A DNA stretch of 64,000 bases, from sequence record NC_055721.1; one strand, 5' to 3'. Positions 1-8,736 of the stretch are shown here, piece by piece. The notes below the pieces were generated by a model. The model ran no database searches. It was not told the origin of the DNA and saw only the letters and a list, made by a program, of their open reading frames with translations. This DNA comes from Escherichia phage EcS1. Position 1 is the first letter of the stretch. Each line of letters starts with the position of its first letter. Made by a program: the position numbers and the translations under genes.

Positions 1-109
1 CCTTCCTTTAACATCGTATCAGTTACCATTATTTCGGTATCTGAAAATAAGCTAACTAATTTATAGCGCCTTATTTCAGGCGCACATAAAAGGTGTTGGT
101 TTTGAAGTA

Positions 110-1792
110 TCATTGCATTACCGTAAAGCGACCTACCTTCAACATTTGAAGATGTTGGCCATAAGCTTGTGGGTCATGGTCTCGATGACTTATTATAAAC
201 ACGTTTGTGTTCTGCAAACTATTCAAAATAGTCGATATTGATTTAACACCATCAACATCAGTAGCAGAATCGAATACTTCATCCAAAATCAGAGTGGATA
301 TATTAACACCAGAAACACGAGAAGCAATATCACGCCATGTAAACAAAAGAGCGATATCAATACGTGCCTTTTCACCTTGACTAAATGAAGCATAACTAAA
401 GTCTTCACGGCCACGAGATTTAATAGTTTCATTAAACTCTTCGTCCAATGTGAACGAGTAATCGGCTTCCATAATTTTCAAATACATATTAATCTGTTTA
501 TTAAACAGTGGAATGTACTTTTTAATAATGGCACCTTTAATTCCAGAATCTTTCAACATCTCGGTTATGATACCACGATGATATTTTTCCATTACTAAAG
601 ATGTTTTAGACTTAACTATTTTATCAAGTTCTGTTTGAAGCTTAGCAATCTCATCAGCATGGTCAATGAACTCGGCTGCTGTTTGGTCAATAAGAGCTTT
701 AACTTTCTTAGCTTTATCGACAGCAGTCAGAACAATACTCTTCTGACCTTGGATGTTGTTTTTAATATCAACTGCTTTACCACGTTGAAGATGATATTCG
801 TCTTGAATAGCTTTCAAGTCACGTCTTTGTTGTTGTATTGTATCAATATTTTTTTGAAGCTCTTTGTTCTTATCTTTAATCTGAGAAACAACATTACCAT
901 GAGCTTCAAGATGTTGCATACATGTAGGACAATCACCGCCAGCTTCGTACAAACCGATAACCTTAGTAAAGGTTCTGAGTTCATTTTGAAGTGTGTATGT
1001 TTTGCCATCCAGCTTATCTAGGGAGTCGCTAGGGTCATCACCAATGACTACCTCAAGTAAATCATCAGTTAACTTTTCTATGTTCGCCTTGGCAGTCCTG
1101 GCTTCACTTAATAGTTCATCATACATATTCTGAAGACGAGCAACATTATCACCAGACAATTTCTTCTGACGTTCGACGTTGTCTTGATAAATCTTAACTT
1201 GTTGAACAACTCCATCATGACGTGTGTCAAGAACGTTCACTTGACTATTCACTTCACGAATCATTGTTTTGTTCAGTTTGTCCATATCAGCCAGCATAGA
1301 CACTTCGAGCAAATCTTCAACGAGTTTGCGTCGAGCGGGTGTCGATAAGCCCATGAACGGAGTATATCCCGCCGTTCCAAGTACGACAATCTGCTTAAAT
1401 GATGAATATGACATTCCAATGAGCTTTTCGAATTGGTCTTGGAAGTCTCGTACACTTGCGGACTCGTCAAGTTTTGCACCATCACGCTCAATTTCAAAGA
1501 CATTAGGTTTTTGTCCACGTTTGATATAAAACTGATGTCCGTCAAATTCCATCCAAAGTTCGACTAACATATCTTTCTTATTAGAACTGTTTACTAATTG
1601 TCCTTTCTTAATATCACGGAAAGGTTTGCCAAATAAAGCAAATGTGATTGCTTCAAGCATTGTACTCTTACCACCACCGTTCTTGCCAGTGATAAGAGTC
1701 TTTTGGACTTTGTCAAGTTCAATCTCAATAGTCTGTTGACCTACCGACATAATATTCTTGTACTTGACTTTTTTGAGTTTAAAAGTCTTCAT
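110..1792 (-). CDS. 46: recombination endonuclease subunit gp46 (Rad50/SbcC-like ATPase)
   Basis: 560 aa; N-terminal P-loop GKNGGGKST, long central coiled coil, C-terminal ATPase motifs; same length as T4 gp46 and directly downstream of gp47. Confidence 0.9.
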   Translation of the reverse strand: MKTFKLKKVKYKNIMSVGQQTIEIELDKVQKTLITGKNGGGKSTMLEAITFALFGKPFRDIKKGQLVNSSNKKDMLVELWMEFDGHQFYIKRGQKPNVFEIERDGAKLDESASVRDFQDQFEKLIGMSYSSFKQIVVLGTAGYTPFMGLSTPARRKLVEDLLEVSMLADMDKLNKTMIREVNSQVNVLDTRHDGVVQQVKIYQDNVERQKKLSGDNVARLQNMYDELLSEARTAKANIEKLTDDLLEVVIGDDPSDSLDKLDGKTYTLQNELRTFTKVIGLYEAGGDCPTCMQHLEAHGNVVSQIKDKNKELQKNIDTIQQQRRDLKAIQDEYHLQRGKAVDIKNNIQGQKSIVLTAVDKAKKVKALIDQTAAEFIDHADEIAKLQTELDKIVKSKTSLVMEKYHRGIITEMLKDSGIKGAIIKKYIPLFNKQINMYLKIMEADYSFTLDEEFNETIKSRGREDFSYASFSQGEKARIDIALLFTWRDIASRVSGVNISTLILDEVFDSATDVDGVKSISTILNSLQNTNVFIISHRDHDPQAYGQHLQMLKVGRFTVMQ

Positions 1793-2004
1793 GTATTGTT
1801 CTCACGAATATATTGTTCAGACCATTTTATCATATCTTCAGTATGCCCAAAACCCGCATTAAGACTGTCCATCCATACAATGCCTGGAGCGTATTCAGAA
1901 GTTACGTATAATGTTCCATTGAACCAAGTTCCTTCTTCAGTCCATTCAATATTACCAATATAGCCATCACCTAATCTGAATTCATGATAATAAGTTTTCA
2001 TCAT
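1789..2004 (-). CDS. hypothetical small protein (46.1 position)
   Basis: 71-aa ORF with start/stop overlap between gp47 and gp46. Confidence 0.4.
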   Translation of the reverse strand: MMKTYYHEFRLGDGYIGNIEWTEEGTWFNGTLYVTSEYAPGIVWMDSLNAGFGHTEDMIKWSEQYIRENNT

Positions 2005-3026
2005 TGGTTCTGTACCTCAACATAAAGTTGCTTAGATAATGCTTTCAAAGATTTAATATCTTCTTTAGATGCATCAGGCAGAGCTTCAATATATTCTTCC
2101 ATTAGTTCAAACAAACTCTTGACTTCGATTTCTTCATCGTCATCTGATTCGACAGAGTTATCAACCTTTGAAACAACACGTAATGAATGAACTACTTTTT
2201 CAAGTTCTGATTCGAACTTAGTAAGCTCTTTATCGACTTTTTCAACGATAACACGAACTGCAAGATTTTTAAAGTCTTCGAAGTTTATTGTGTCGTTTGG
2301 ATAGAAGATTTTTCTGTGCCAAGTAGTTTCATTGGGAATGAAATCCATGGAGCCCTTGGTTGTATCTTGAACCCAGAAACCTCGAGGGTCGTTTTCGTCA
2401 CCTGCTGTAAGGGTCCAAGGAGTACCGATATATTTGACGTTAGAAGCTTCACTGATAGTGTGGAAATGACCGGACCACACTTGTTTGTATTTTTTGAGGA
2501 AGTCTGGTTCGAGCCCATGAGATTTCATTCCTTTATAGAAGTAAAAGCCATTCAGCTCCCAGTGACCAATACAATATTCAGCAGAAGATGTACGAATATG
2601 CTCTAAGATTTCGGTTGTGTTTTCATCGCACATCCATGGAATCAAGTCAATCAGCGTACCGTCGAATTCCATTGTCATTGGTTTTTCAACAACAGTGATG
2701 TTTTTATACTTACCAAGAACTTCTGTTGCAGCATTAGGCGTCAACGTGTTCTTATAATGCATGTCGTGGTTTCCGACAATAGTAATTAAATGAATATCTG
2801 CTTCATCTAATCTTTCAGCAATTTCACGAGCGAATTCCATACACTTATGAGTAATAGCTTTTCGGACATCAAATATATCACCATATTGGATAATAGTTTT
2901 AATGTTGTGTTTCTTTGCGTAATCGATATGGTCTTGAATACCTTTACGCTGAATTTCTTGGACCCATGGGTCATCTGCCTTTACACCTAAGTGCCAATCA
3001 CCAGAATGTATAATTTTCATGTTCAC
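2001..3026 (-). CDS. 47: recombination endonuclease subunit gp47 (Mre11/SbcD-like phosphoesterase)
   Basis: 341 aa; N-terminal IHSGDWHLG and GNHD metallophosphoesterase motifs; T4 gp47 size and position. Confidence 0.9.
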   Translation of the reverse strand: MNMKIIHSGDWHLGVKADDPWVQEIQRKGIQDHIDYAKKHNIKTIIQYGDIFDVRKAITHKCMEFAREIAERLDEADIHLITIVGNHDMHYKNTLTPNAATEVLGKYKNITVVEKPMTMEFDGTLIDLIPWMCDENTTEILEHIRTSSAEYCIGHWELNGFYFYKGMKSHGLEPDFLKKYKQVWSGHFHTISEASNVKYIGTPWTLTAGDENDPRGFWVQDTTKGSMDFIPNETTWHRKIFYPNDTINFEDFKNLAVRVIVEKVDKELTKFESELEKVVHSLRVVSKVDNSVESDDDEEIEVKSLFELMEEYIEALPDASKEDIKSLKALSKQLYVEVQNQ

Positions 3027-3062
3027 CTCTTAGTTGGTTCATTATATCTAACGCCCTAGATA

Positions 3063-3083
3063 GCAAAAAAGGGCCGAAGCCCT
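3063..3083 (-). terminator. rho-independent terminator-like hairpin
   Basis: minus-strand GGGC-TTCG-GCCC stem followed by T6 immediately downstream of the 3083..3376 ORF. Confidence 0.5.
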
Positions 3084-3376
3084 TAAATTGGTTTAGTCAA
3101 TACCCAGCCATTTGCTTCTGCTTCTTTACGAAGAGCTTCAAATTTTCTGAGCATATGTTCTTTAGACTTTCTAATTTGTTCGAAATCTGGTACTTTAGCC
3201 TTAGCAGCTGTTTCGCAGACATAGCATCTCATTGAAAGTTTAGGACCAGTATATTGAGTAGAGCAAGTCATACACTTACCCATATACCACCCATCAGGCC
3301 AATCATTCACACTACGCCATTCGTTAGAGATCAGGTCTTTCATCGAAAAAATCCACGTCTTCGGCTGATTTAACAA
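3083..3376 (-). CDS. hypothetical Cys-rich protein
   Basis: 97-aa ORF with CxxC...CxxC pairs; co-oriented early array. Confidence 0.45.
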   Translation of the reverse strand: MLNQPKTWIFSMKDLISNEWRSVNDWPDGWYMGKCMTCSTQYTGPKLSMRCYVCETAAKAKVPDFEQIRKSKEHMLRKFEALRKEAEANGWVLTKPI

Positions 3377-3493
3377 TGATTTCAGTAATCACACGTTTTC
3401 CTTTTTCTGTACGATGATAATTCTCGGCAGCCTTTTTCAAGGCCTCTTTAGAATAGACAATACCATCACGATTAATAAAATCTGATTTAGCAA

Positions 3494-3691
3494 TTACCAC
3501 TTGTACCATGGTTTCACCTGTACATCATCAACCCAAACAACTTCTTTAGGATTAGCTTTAATGATCGTACCTTCAGTGCCTAGAACGCGGTAGTGTGTCT
3601 CGGAGAGCTTCACTGCCATAACACCATTAGATACAGATAGAGTGAACCCTGCGTTCACCTGGAGTCGTTTAAACTTTGCTTGAATGAGCAT
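3494..3691 (-). CDS. hypothetical protein
   Basis: 65-aa co-oriented ORF; no motif recognised. Confidence 0.35.
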   Translation of the reverse strand: MLIQAKFKRLQVNAGFTLSVSNGVMAVKLSETHYRVLGTEGTIIKANPKEVVWVDDVQVKPWYKW

Positions 3692-4022
3692 TGATGATGT
3701 CCCAAATCTGTTTACGAGTTGTCTGCCAGCCTACAGTAATGATTTCATCATTAAATGGCTGACGTAAGATAGTACGAGATTTTTCAATAGCGTACTTATA
3801 TGCAGCAAAATTATTTTCCAGAACAGCAGCCTGAGCATGGAGGTTCAGACGGTCAAGTTCACGTTTGTTCTTACGATAAATCTTTTGAGCTTTAGCATTA
3901 GCTTCTACGCGAGCAGCTTCTTGCATACGAGCAATTTCTTCTTGATATTCATTTTCGCTATGTTCAAGTTCTTCACGAAATGCTTCACCTGGTGCTAGGT
4001 CATTCTGATATTCTGGAGTCAT
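3669..4022 (-). CDS. hypothetical protein
   Basis: 117-aa co-oriented ORF. Confidence 0.45.
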   Translation of the reverse strand: MTPEYQNDLAPGEAFREELEHSENEYQEEIARMQEAARVEANAKAQKIYRKNKRELDRLNLHAQAAVLENNFAAYKYAIEKSRTILRQPFNDEIITVGWQTTRKQIWDIINAHSSKV

Positions 4023-4024
4023 AA

Positions 4025-4252
4025 TTATTCCGGTTTATAATTTAATTCAACGAAGAAACCTTCGTCATTAACTTGGTACTCGTAAGAAAGGACTCCCGAT
4101 TCGGTCGTTATTTCTTCTATACCAGGATTCTTGGGGTCAATAATAATAGGTAACTTTTCGATATCCCTTAGATACATTTTAAGTAAATAAGGAATAACGT
4201 TTTGGTCACCTACTTCTTCTAGGAACCCATTGAGGTTAAGCTTGAGCCTCAT
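4025..4252 (-). CDS. hypothetical protein
   Basis: ORF-track 4025..4330 trimmed to an internal Met to reduce overlap with gp55 3' end. Confidence 0.35.
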   Translation of the reverse strand: MRLKLNLNGFLEEVGDQNVIPYLLKMYLRDIEKLPIIIDPKNPGIEEITTESGVLSYEYQVNDEGFFVELNYKPE

Positions 4253-4769
4253 ATAAAAAATCCAATGCATTATCATCTTCAAGATCAAGTGCTTTATCTG
4301 ACCCTGGCACTTTAACAAGAGATGATTCATACTGCGTCATTTTATCGTAGATGTCCTGAATAAAGGTTTCATCTGCTAACGCAACCATATCATCGTCACG
4401 TGCGTCATACACATTGTGAACGAAATAGCTGTATTTCTTCGCGACTTCACGACGTTCTTTTTTGATACGTTGAACAAAGGCGTTGAAACAAGCCTGGGTT
4501 ATATACGCATGTGGGTTGTTGTACTTAGTTTCGTCGAAGTTTTTAAGACCTTTAATTGCAGCCTCAATACCGTCTTCAATCATTTCTTGCTTCCAGGATT
4601 GGGTATATCCAGAGAAGTTAAAACGTTTTGAAAGACCTTCTGAAATAAGCATAATAGCTTCACCAATCTTATCTGTCATTCGAACTAACGAATCAGGTTC
4701 GAGAGCACATCGTCTTTTCCAATCACAGATTTCAAGATAAAGCTCTTTATTATTTACATAGTTTGCCAT
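4236..4769 (-). CDS. 55: late-transcription sigma factor gp55
   Basis: 177 aa; near-identical blocks to T4 gp55 as recalled ([60 protein letters not shown]). Confidence 0.9.
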   Translation of the reverse strand: MANYVNNKELYLEICDWKRRCALEPDSLVRMTDKIGEAIMLISEGLSKRFNFSGYTQSWKQEMIEDGIEAAIKGLKNFDETKYNNPHAYITQACFNAFVQRIKKERREVAKKYSYFVHNVYDARDDDMVALADETFIQDIYDKMTQYESSLVKVPGSDKALDLEDDNALDFLYEAQA

Positions 4770-4835
4770 TTGTTTCTTCCGTCACTCAATATTAATATCT
4801 ATTATATCATTCAAAGGCGGAAGCAGTTTAAAGCA

Positions 4836-5102
4836 TTAACCTTTAATAACGTAGTACAGTTGAAACACCTTTTCAAGAATCTTGCAGAATTCATCGAATG
4901 TGATTTCGAATTCAGCAGCTTCTTCATAAGCAGTTTCTTTAAAGTTTTCCCAAAGAGAAGGATATTGTTTAACGTTCAACATTGAGACATGAGTTTCCCA
5001 ATAAACACCATAGTCTTCTTCATCAAACCAAACACCCATATCACCATCAACTGTGAACTGGCCAAGGCCTAATACAACTAATGAAGCAGTATTAATTTTC
5101 AT
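4836..5102 (-). CDS. hypothetical protein
   Basis: 88-aa ORF in tight overlapping start/stop array. Confidence 0.45.
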   Translation of the reverse strand: MKINTASLVVLGLGQFTVDGDMGVWFDEEDYGVYWETHVSMLNVKQYPSLWENFKETAYEEAAEFEITFDEFCKILEKVFQLYYVIKG

Positions 5103-5356
5103 GCAATTACCTCATGCAGTCGAACGATTTTATCAACTAATTGAGAGAAGCCATAAGCATTCATATCATATTCGATGACATCATTCTCGATTTCAGAATT
5201 AAACTCAGCCAACAAATCAATAGCAGGAGTATCAAACAAATGAGAGACTGTGGTTTCCCAAGTTGCTCCTACTAATGTATCAACACTCACTTGGCCATCT
5301 TCGAAAATAGAAATCAGGATATCAAGTTCATCTTCATGGAAATCAATTTTATTCAT
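5099..5356 (-). CDS. hypothetical protein
   Basis: 85-aa ORF, ATGA overlap with neighbours. Confidence 0.45.
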   Translation of the reverse strand: MNKIDFHEDELDILISIFEDGQVSVDTLVGATWETTVSHLFDTPAIDLLAEFNSEIENDVIEYDMNAYGFSQLVDKIVRLHEVIA

Positions 5357-5583
5357 TGTAAGTTCTTAGCGCAATCGTATGCGTCGTCAAATCCACCAAA
5401 AGCATCAACTGAAATATAATTGCCAGTTGTCGTAGCTTCATATACCCAGAAGGCTTCAAAGTCTTCTTCAATTAGATAATCAAGGCCAGCAGGAGATGTC
5501 CCTTCAACTAACACTCGGTCGTCATCAAGTTCTTTAACAAATAGACCAGCTAGTTGCAAGTCCATGATTTCTTGCTTAGTCAT
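5353..5583 (-). CDS. hypothetical protein
   Basis: 76-aa ORF, overlapping start/stop. Confidence 0.45.
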   Translation of the reverse strand: MTKQEIMDLQLAGLFVKELDDDRVLVEGTSPAGLDYLIEEDFEAFWVYEATTTGNYISVDAFGGFDDAYDCAKNLQ

Positions 5584-5824
5584 TCAAATATTCCTCAAGT
5601 TCTTCAAGAGTTCGACCATTATCCCAAGCTTCTTCAGTTGTTACATGAGTATACTTGATTTTAGAATCAATTAAATAAATTCTAATTTCTGGCCAAAATC
5701 TTTGAACTTCTTTGATAACATTGTTTAAGAAAACAGATTGAGAAATCTTTTGAGAACGATCGATGCTTCCGTCTTCGCATTTAGCTGTTAAAATGGCTGA
5801 TACACCTTCAGGTAATTCAATCAT
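5576..5824 (-). CDS. hypothetical protein
   Basis: 82-aa ORF ending ...LEELEEYLND. Confidence 0.45.
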   Translation of the reverse strand: MIELPEGVSAILTAKCEDGSIDRSQKISQSVFLNNVIKEVQRFWPEIRIYLIDSKIKYTHVTTEEAWDNGRTLEELEEYLND

Positions 5825-5874
5825 TCAAATATTCCTCAAGTTCTGTTCTAGTTAACCCTTCAGTCCACATATAT
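5821..5874 (-). pseudogene. truncated duplicate of the C-terminus of the adjacent 82-aa gene
   Basis: short minus-strand ORF MWTEGLTRTELEEYLND repeats the last 8 residues of the neighbour; a 23-bp nucleotide repeat occurs at 5579-5601 and 5820-5842. Confidence 0.3.
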
Positions 5875-5908
5875 TCTAGTGAGTACTTAGCTACTTCATT
5901 AGTCCCTA

Positions 5909-5941
5909 CTGGGAAATATTTGAAGTGATCATTAAGGTCAC
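5909..5941. repeat. 12-bp inverted repeat (hairpin) in intergenic remnant region
   Basis: TATTTGAAGTGA ... TCACTTCAAATA arms with 9-nt spacer. Confidence 0.5.
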
Positions 5942-6062
5942 TTCAAATAATTATTGGATAGAACTCTTCTGGCTTGTGAAAGAGATTCTGCATCAGTGTA
6001 GGCTCTGCACGTCTTTATAGTCGAATGCCATCCACTTGATTTAGAATGCATAACAATGATAG

Positions 6063-6371
6063 TTATGCCGTTTTCATGTCGCATAGCCATTCCTCTTTAT
6101 AACCTGGAACTCGGATTAGCAAATCATAACCTTTGCCGGTATTTGCTTCAATATCCATTCGCACAGAACAATTAGAAAATATTTCAGCGAACTTTTTGAT
6201 ATCCATATCACAACGAATATCAGTTGGCAAAGAATAAAGAATACCTCTGCCACCTAGATTAATCATTTTTAAAGTAGGACCAAACTCGCGACAGAGTCGA
6301 TGTCCTACTTCATTATATCGTGTGTATGGAAGAAAGCCATTATCAGCTTTAAAGAACACATGAAATTTCAT
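6063..6371 (-). CDS. hypothetical protein
   Basis: 102-aa co-oriented ORF. Confidence 0.45.
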   Translation of the reverse strand: MKFHVFFKADNGFLPYTRYNEVGHRLCREFGPTLKMINLGGRGILYSLPTDIRCDMDIKKFAEIFSNCSVRMDIEANTGKGYDLLIRVPGYKEEWLCDMKTA

Positions 6372-6733
6372 CGTGCATTCTTCACAATTTTGAGATCACA
6401 GAAGCCTTTCTTGCGTTGGTTCTTCATGCGACGAATAGTCTTATCAGAAATAACGCCTTTCTCTGGATCGTAGACACCTACACCAAATGCGGGAGTACCA
6501 AATTCAGACAAAATATAGCCAACTACAAGTTCACGGATACGAGCTTTACCAATCTTTTGTCCATCTTCTTTCATGGTGCCATGAAGAGACTGTTCCCAGA
6601 CATCAAGATGTTCAGGCGTAACATATTTCTCTGCAGCCAAAAGAGATTCGACTTTAGCAAATGCAAAAGAGTTCAGAACGTTTTTAATAGCTTGAGACAT
6701 TATGTTTTCCTCAGTTTGTTTTGACATAGGCAT
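6368..6733 (-). CDS. hypothetical protein
   Basis: 121-aa ORF overlapping stop of upstream gene. Confidence 0.45.
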   Translation of the reverse strand: MPMSKQTEENIMSQAIKNVLNSFAFAKVESLLAAEKYVTPEHLDVWEQSLHGTMKEDGQKIGKARIRELVVGYILSEFGTPAFGVGVYDPEKGVISDKTIRRMKNQRKKGFCDLKIVKNAR

Positions 6734-6761
6734 CTTAATTCAAAATGCCTATAGCAAATCA

Positions 6762-6995
6762 TTATCTAGTTAAAAGGTACAACAAACGCACGGCTTCATT
6801 ATTACTTACATTAATGCCTAGTTTTTTAAGTCCTATAATAAATGGTGTTTTGTTTACCGTATTATCCAGCATAAAACTATCTAAAATATAACCAACTGTA
6901 ACAACATCAGAAAGAAGGTCATATGTCAAATAAACGATAGAACCATTATGTTCGACCTGCATGTTTTTTGTTGAACGTTTGATTTCAAAGGTCAT
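6762..6995 (-). CDS. hypothetical protein
   Basis: 77-aa ORF. Confidence 0.4.
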   Translation of the reverse strand: MTFEIKRSTKNMQVEHNGSIVYLTYDLLSDVVTVGYILDSFMLDNTVNKTPFIIGLKKLGINVSNNEAVRLLYLLTR

Positions 6996-7002
6996 AAAGT
7001 CC

Positions 7003-7263
7003 TCACATCAGATGCTTGTAGACTTCACGAACAAGAAGGTCTAATTCTGTAGGAAAAACATCGCTAATTAAAGCACAGCAAGCATTAGCAATACGTTGAG
7101 GGTTTTGATGAGCTTGTATAGTACAGACTTCAGTCATGCAAGAACGAGCACGCAAAACAACTTGAGTGTCATCAATTTCAACATACAAACGTTCTTGTCC
7201 ACGGGATTCAGAGCGAATCAAGATAGATAATTCAATTTTCTTGGATTTAGATATGATGACCAT
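7003..7263 (-). CDS. hypothetical protein
   Basis: ORF-track 7003..7299, start moved to internal Met. Confidence 0.4.
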   Translation of the reverse strand: MVIISKSKKIELSILIRSESRGQERLYVEIDDTQVVLRARSCMTEVCTIQAHQNPQRIANACCALISDVFPTELDLLVREVYKHLM

Positions 7264-7328
7264 GTTAACTCCTTTGTTTATGTAGGAACATCTTAACATG
7301 AAGAAGGGTGCTTGTAAACACCCTTTGA

Positions 7329-7640
7329 TTAGTCTTCTATGAGGTCTTGGTCGTAGCCAAGTTCGATGAGTTTGTCTTTGAAGTATTTGATGTTGTACAT
7401 CTTTTCATCATTAACAAATATGACAGGATAGCGTATAGAGAGCGTAGGGAACCCTGCTCTCTTGGCTAGTGTAACAATAAGAGGTCTATTATGAACTATC
7501 CCCTGCTCCGTCTGACCAACAACTGGATAGAAAGTAAAGGGGATCTCAAGTTCTTTTAGGAGCTTAGTAGCCGTAAGACAGCCTGGGCATCGCCAGACTG
7601 TTTCAGGAATACCATAGATTTCAACTTTCAATTTGTCCAA
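7329..7640 (-). CDS. nrdH: NrdH-like glutaredoxin
   Basis: 103 aa; N-terminal CPGC redox motif; sits between gp55 block and nrdG as in T4. Confidence 0.6.
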   Translation of the reverse strand: MDKLKVEIYGIPETVWRCPGCLTATKLLKELEIPFTFYPVVGQTEQGIVHNRPLIVTLAKRAGFPTLSIRYPVIFVNDEKMYNIKYFKDKLIELGYDQDLIED

Positions 7641-7956
7641 GGTTCACCAACCCTACATTGAAGTCCCATTGTTGTTCGCCAATATAAACAGCAACAACAA
7701 AACCTGTTTCAGCCCATTGGATAGCAACAATAATATCATTAGTATCTTCGGCTTCAAGAGCTTCTTCAAAGATGCCCATTTGAACATCGCTAAAGAACTC
7801 AGGATTCAAGGTGCAATTATAAAACTGCATGCCATCATCAAGTTCGTCCCAACCAACATTTTTAGTAATTACAAATTCTTCAATACGTTTCATATTAACC
7901 TTTGATTTTGATTTCAAACTTACCAGTTTTGTCAATAGACTTAGTAGCGTCTTCAA
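7621..7956 (-). CDS. hypothetical protein
   Basis: 111-aa ORF. Confidence 0.4.
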   Translation of the reverse strand: MKTLLSLLTKLVSLKSKSKVNMKRIEEFVITKNVGWDELDDGMQFYNCTLNPEFFSDVQMGIFEEALEAEDTNDIIVAIQWAETGFVVAVYIGEQQWDFNVGLVNLGQIES

Positions 7957-8137
7957 GTTTCTTAGTCAGAGCTTCAAGTTTCTCTTTAGTGAGGATTTTA
8001 TCAGCTGAAGGACTAATCAAACCAACAAGCATAATAAGCAGTCCAATTGGAATCAGACACAATACACCAGCTGTCATTGCGATAGCTAGAAGAATCATTG
8101 CAATAGCGATACGGATTTTATCGAAAAACTTTTTCAT
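7895..8137 (-). CDS. small membrane protein
   Basis: 80 aa with one long hydrophobic segment. Confidence 0.4.
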   Translation of the reverse strand: MKKFFDKIRIAIAMILLAIAMTAGVLCLIPIGLLIMLVGLISPSADKILTKEKLEALTKKLEDATKSIDKTGKFEIKIKG

Positions 8138-8262
8138 TATTTACCTTAGTAAGCTAGAAAGAAAAGGAAAGAATACATGCTTGGGAACTCTTCACCCGCA
8201 GCAATTACATAGTTGTACGTGATTTCAGCTACTGCTTCAACTACTTCATGAATAACACTCAT

Positions 8263-8736
8263 TTAAATTTCCTCAGACCATTTATTGTCGTGGTTTCGCC
8301 ACATTGTTTGATTGTCACTACCACGCCAAGGCTTCAGAGTAGGTAATGATTGTTCGTATTTACCATCAATAATAACATCAACATTTTGAAGCAACTCAAG
8401 ATGTTTTATTTCTTCAAACTTATACCCAGTCCAAATCCAGATGTCTTTGTGCGGATGAGAATTATACAAACATTTTAATAAAGCATCAATTGTTTCTCGG
8501 TTATCAGGATAAAGTGGGTCACCACCAGTGATAGTTAACCCTTGAATATACTCAGGCTCAAGAAGCTCTCTGATTTCATCAATTGTTTCGCCTGTGAACT
8601 TCTTTCCATTACGTGGGTTCCACGTGCTCTTGTTATAACAACCTTCACATTTATGCGAACAACCTGTGACAAAAAGAACGACCCTGCATCCAGGGCCATT
8701 TACGAAATCATAAGGATAGATTCTATCGTAGTTCAT
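8263..8736 (-). CDS. nrdG: anaerobic ribonucleotide reductase activating protein NrdG (radical SAM)
   Basis: 157 aa; CxxxCxxC radical-SAM cluster (CSHKCEGCYN); overlaps nrdD stop. Confidence 0.9.
   Translation of the reverse strand: MNYDRIYPYDFVNGPGCRVVLFVTGCSHKCEGCYNKSTWNPRNGKKFTGETIDEIRELLEPEYIQGLTITGGDPLYPDNRETIDALLKCLYNSHPHKDIWIWTGYKFEEIKHLELLQNVDVIIDGKYEQSLPTLKPWRGSDNQTMWRNHDNKWSEEI

Noticed and set aside
635-1021. Plus-strand ORFs from the six-frame track lying inside minus-strand genes (for example 635..1021, 2316..2606, 4416..4631, 9534..9797, 20573..20857, 38159..38551)
   Set aside because: They are antisense to well-supported conserved genes (gp46, gp47, gp55, nrdD and others), have low-complexity composition and no start context; the minus-strand array is continuous with overlapping start/stop codons.
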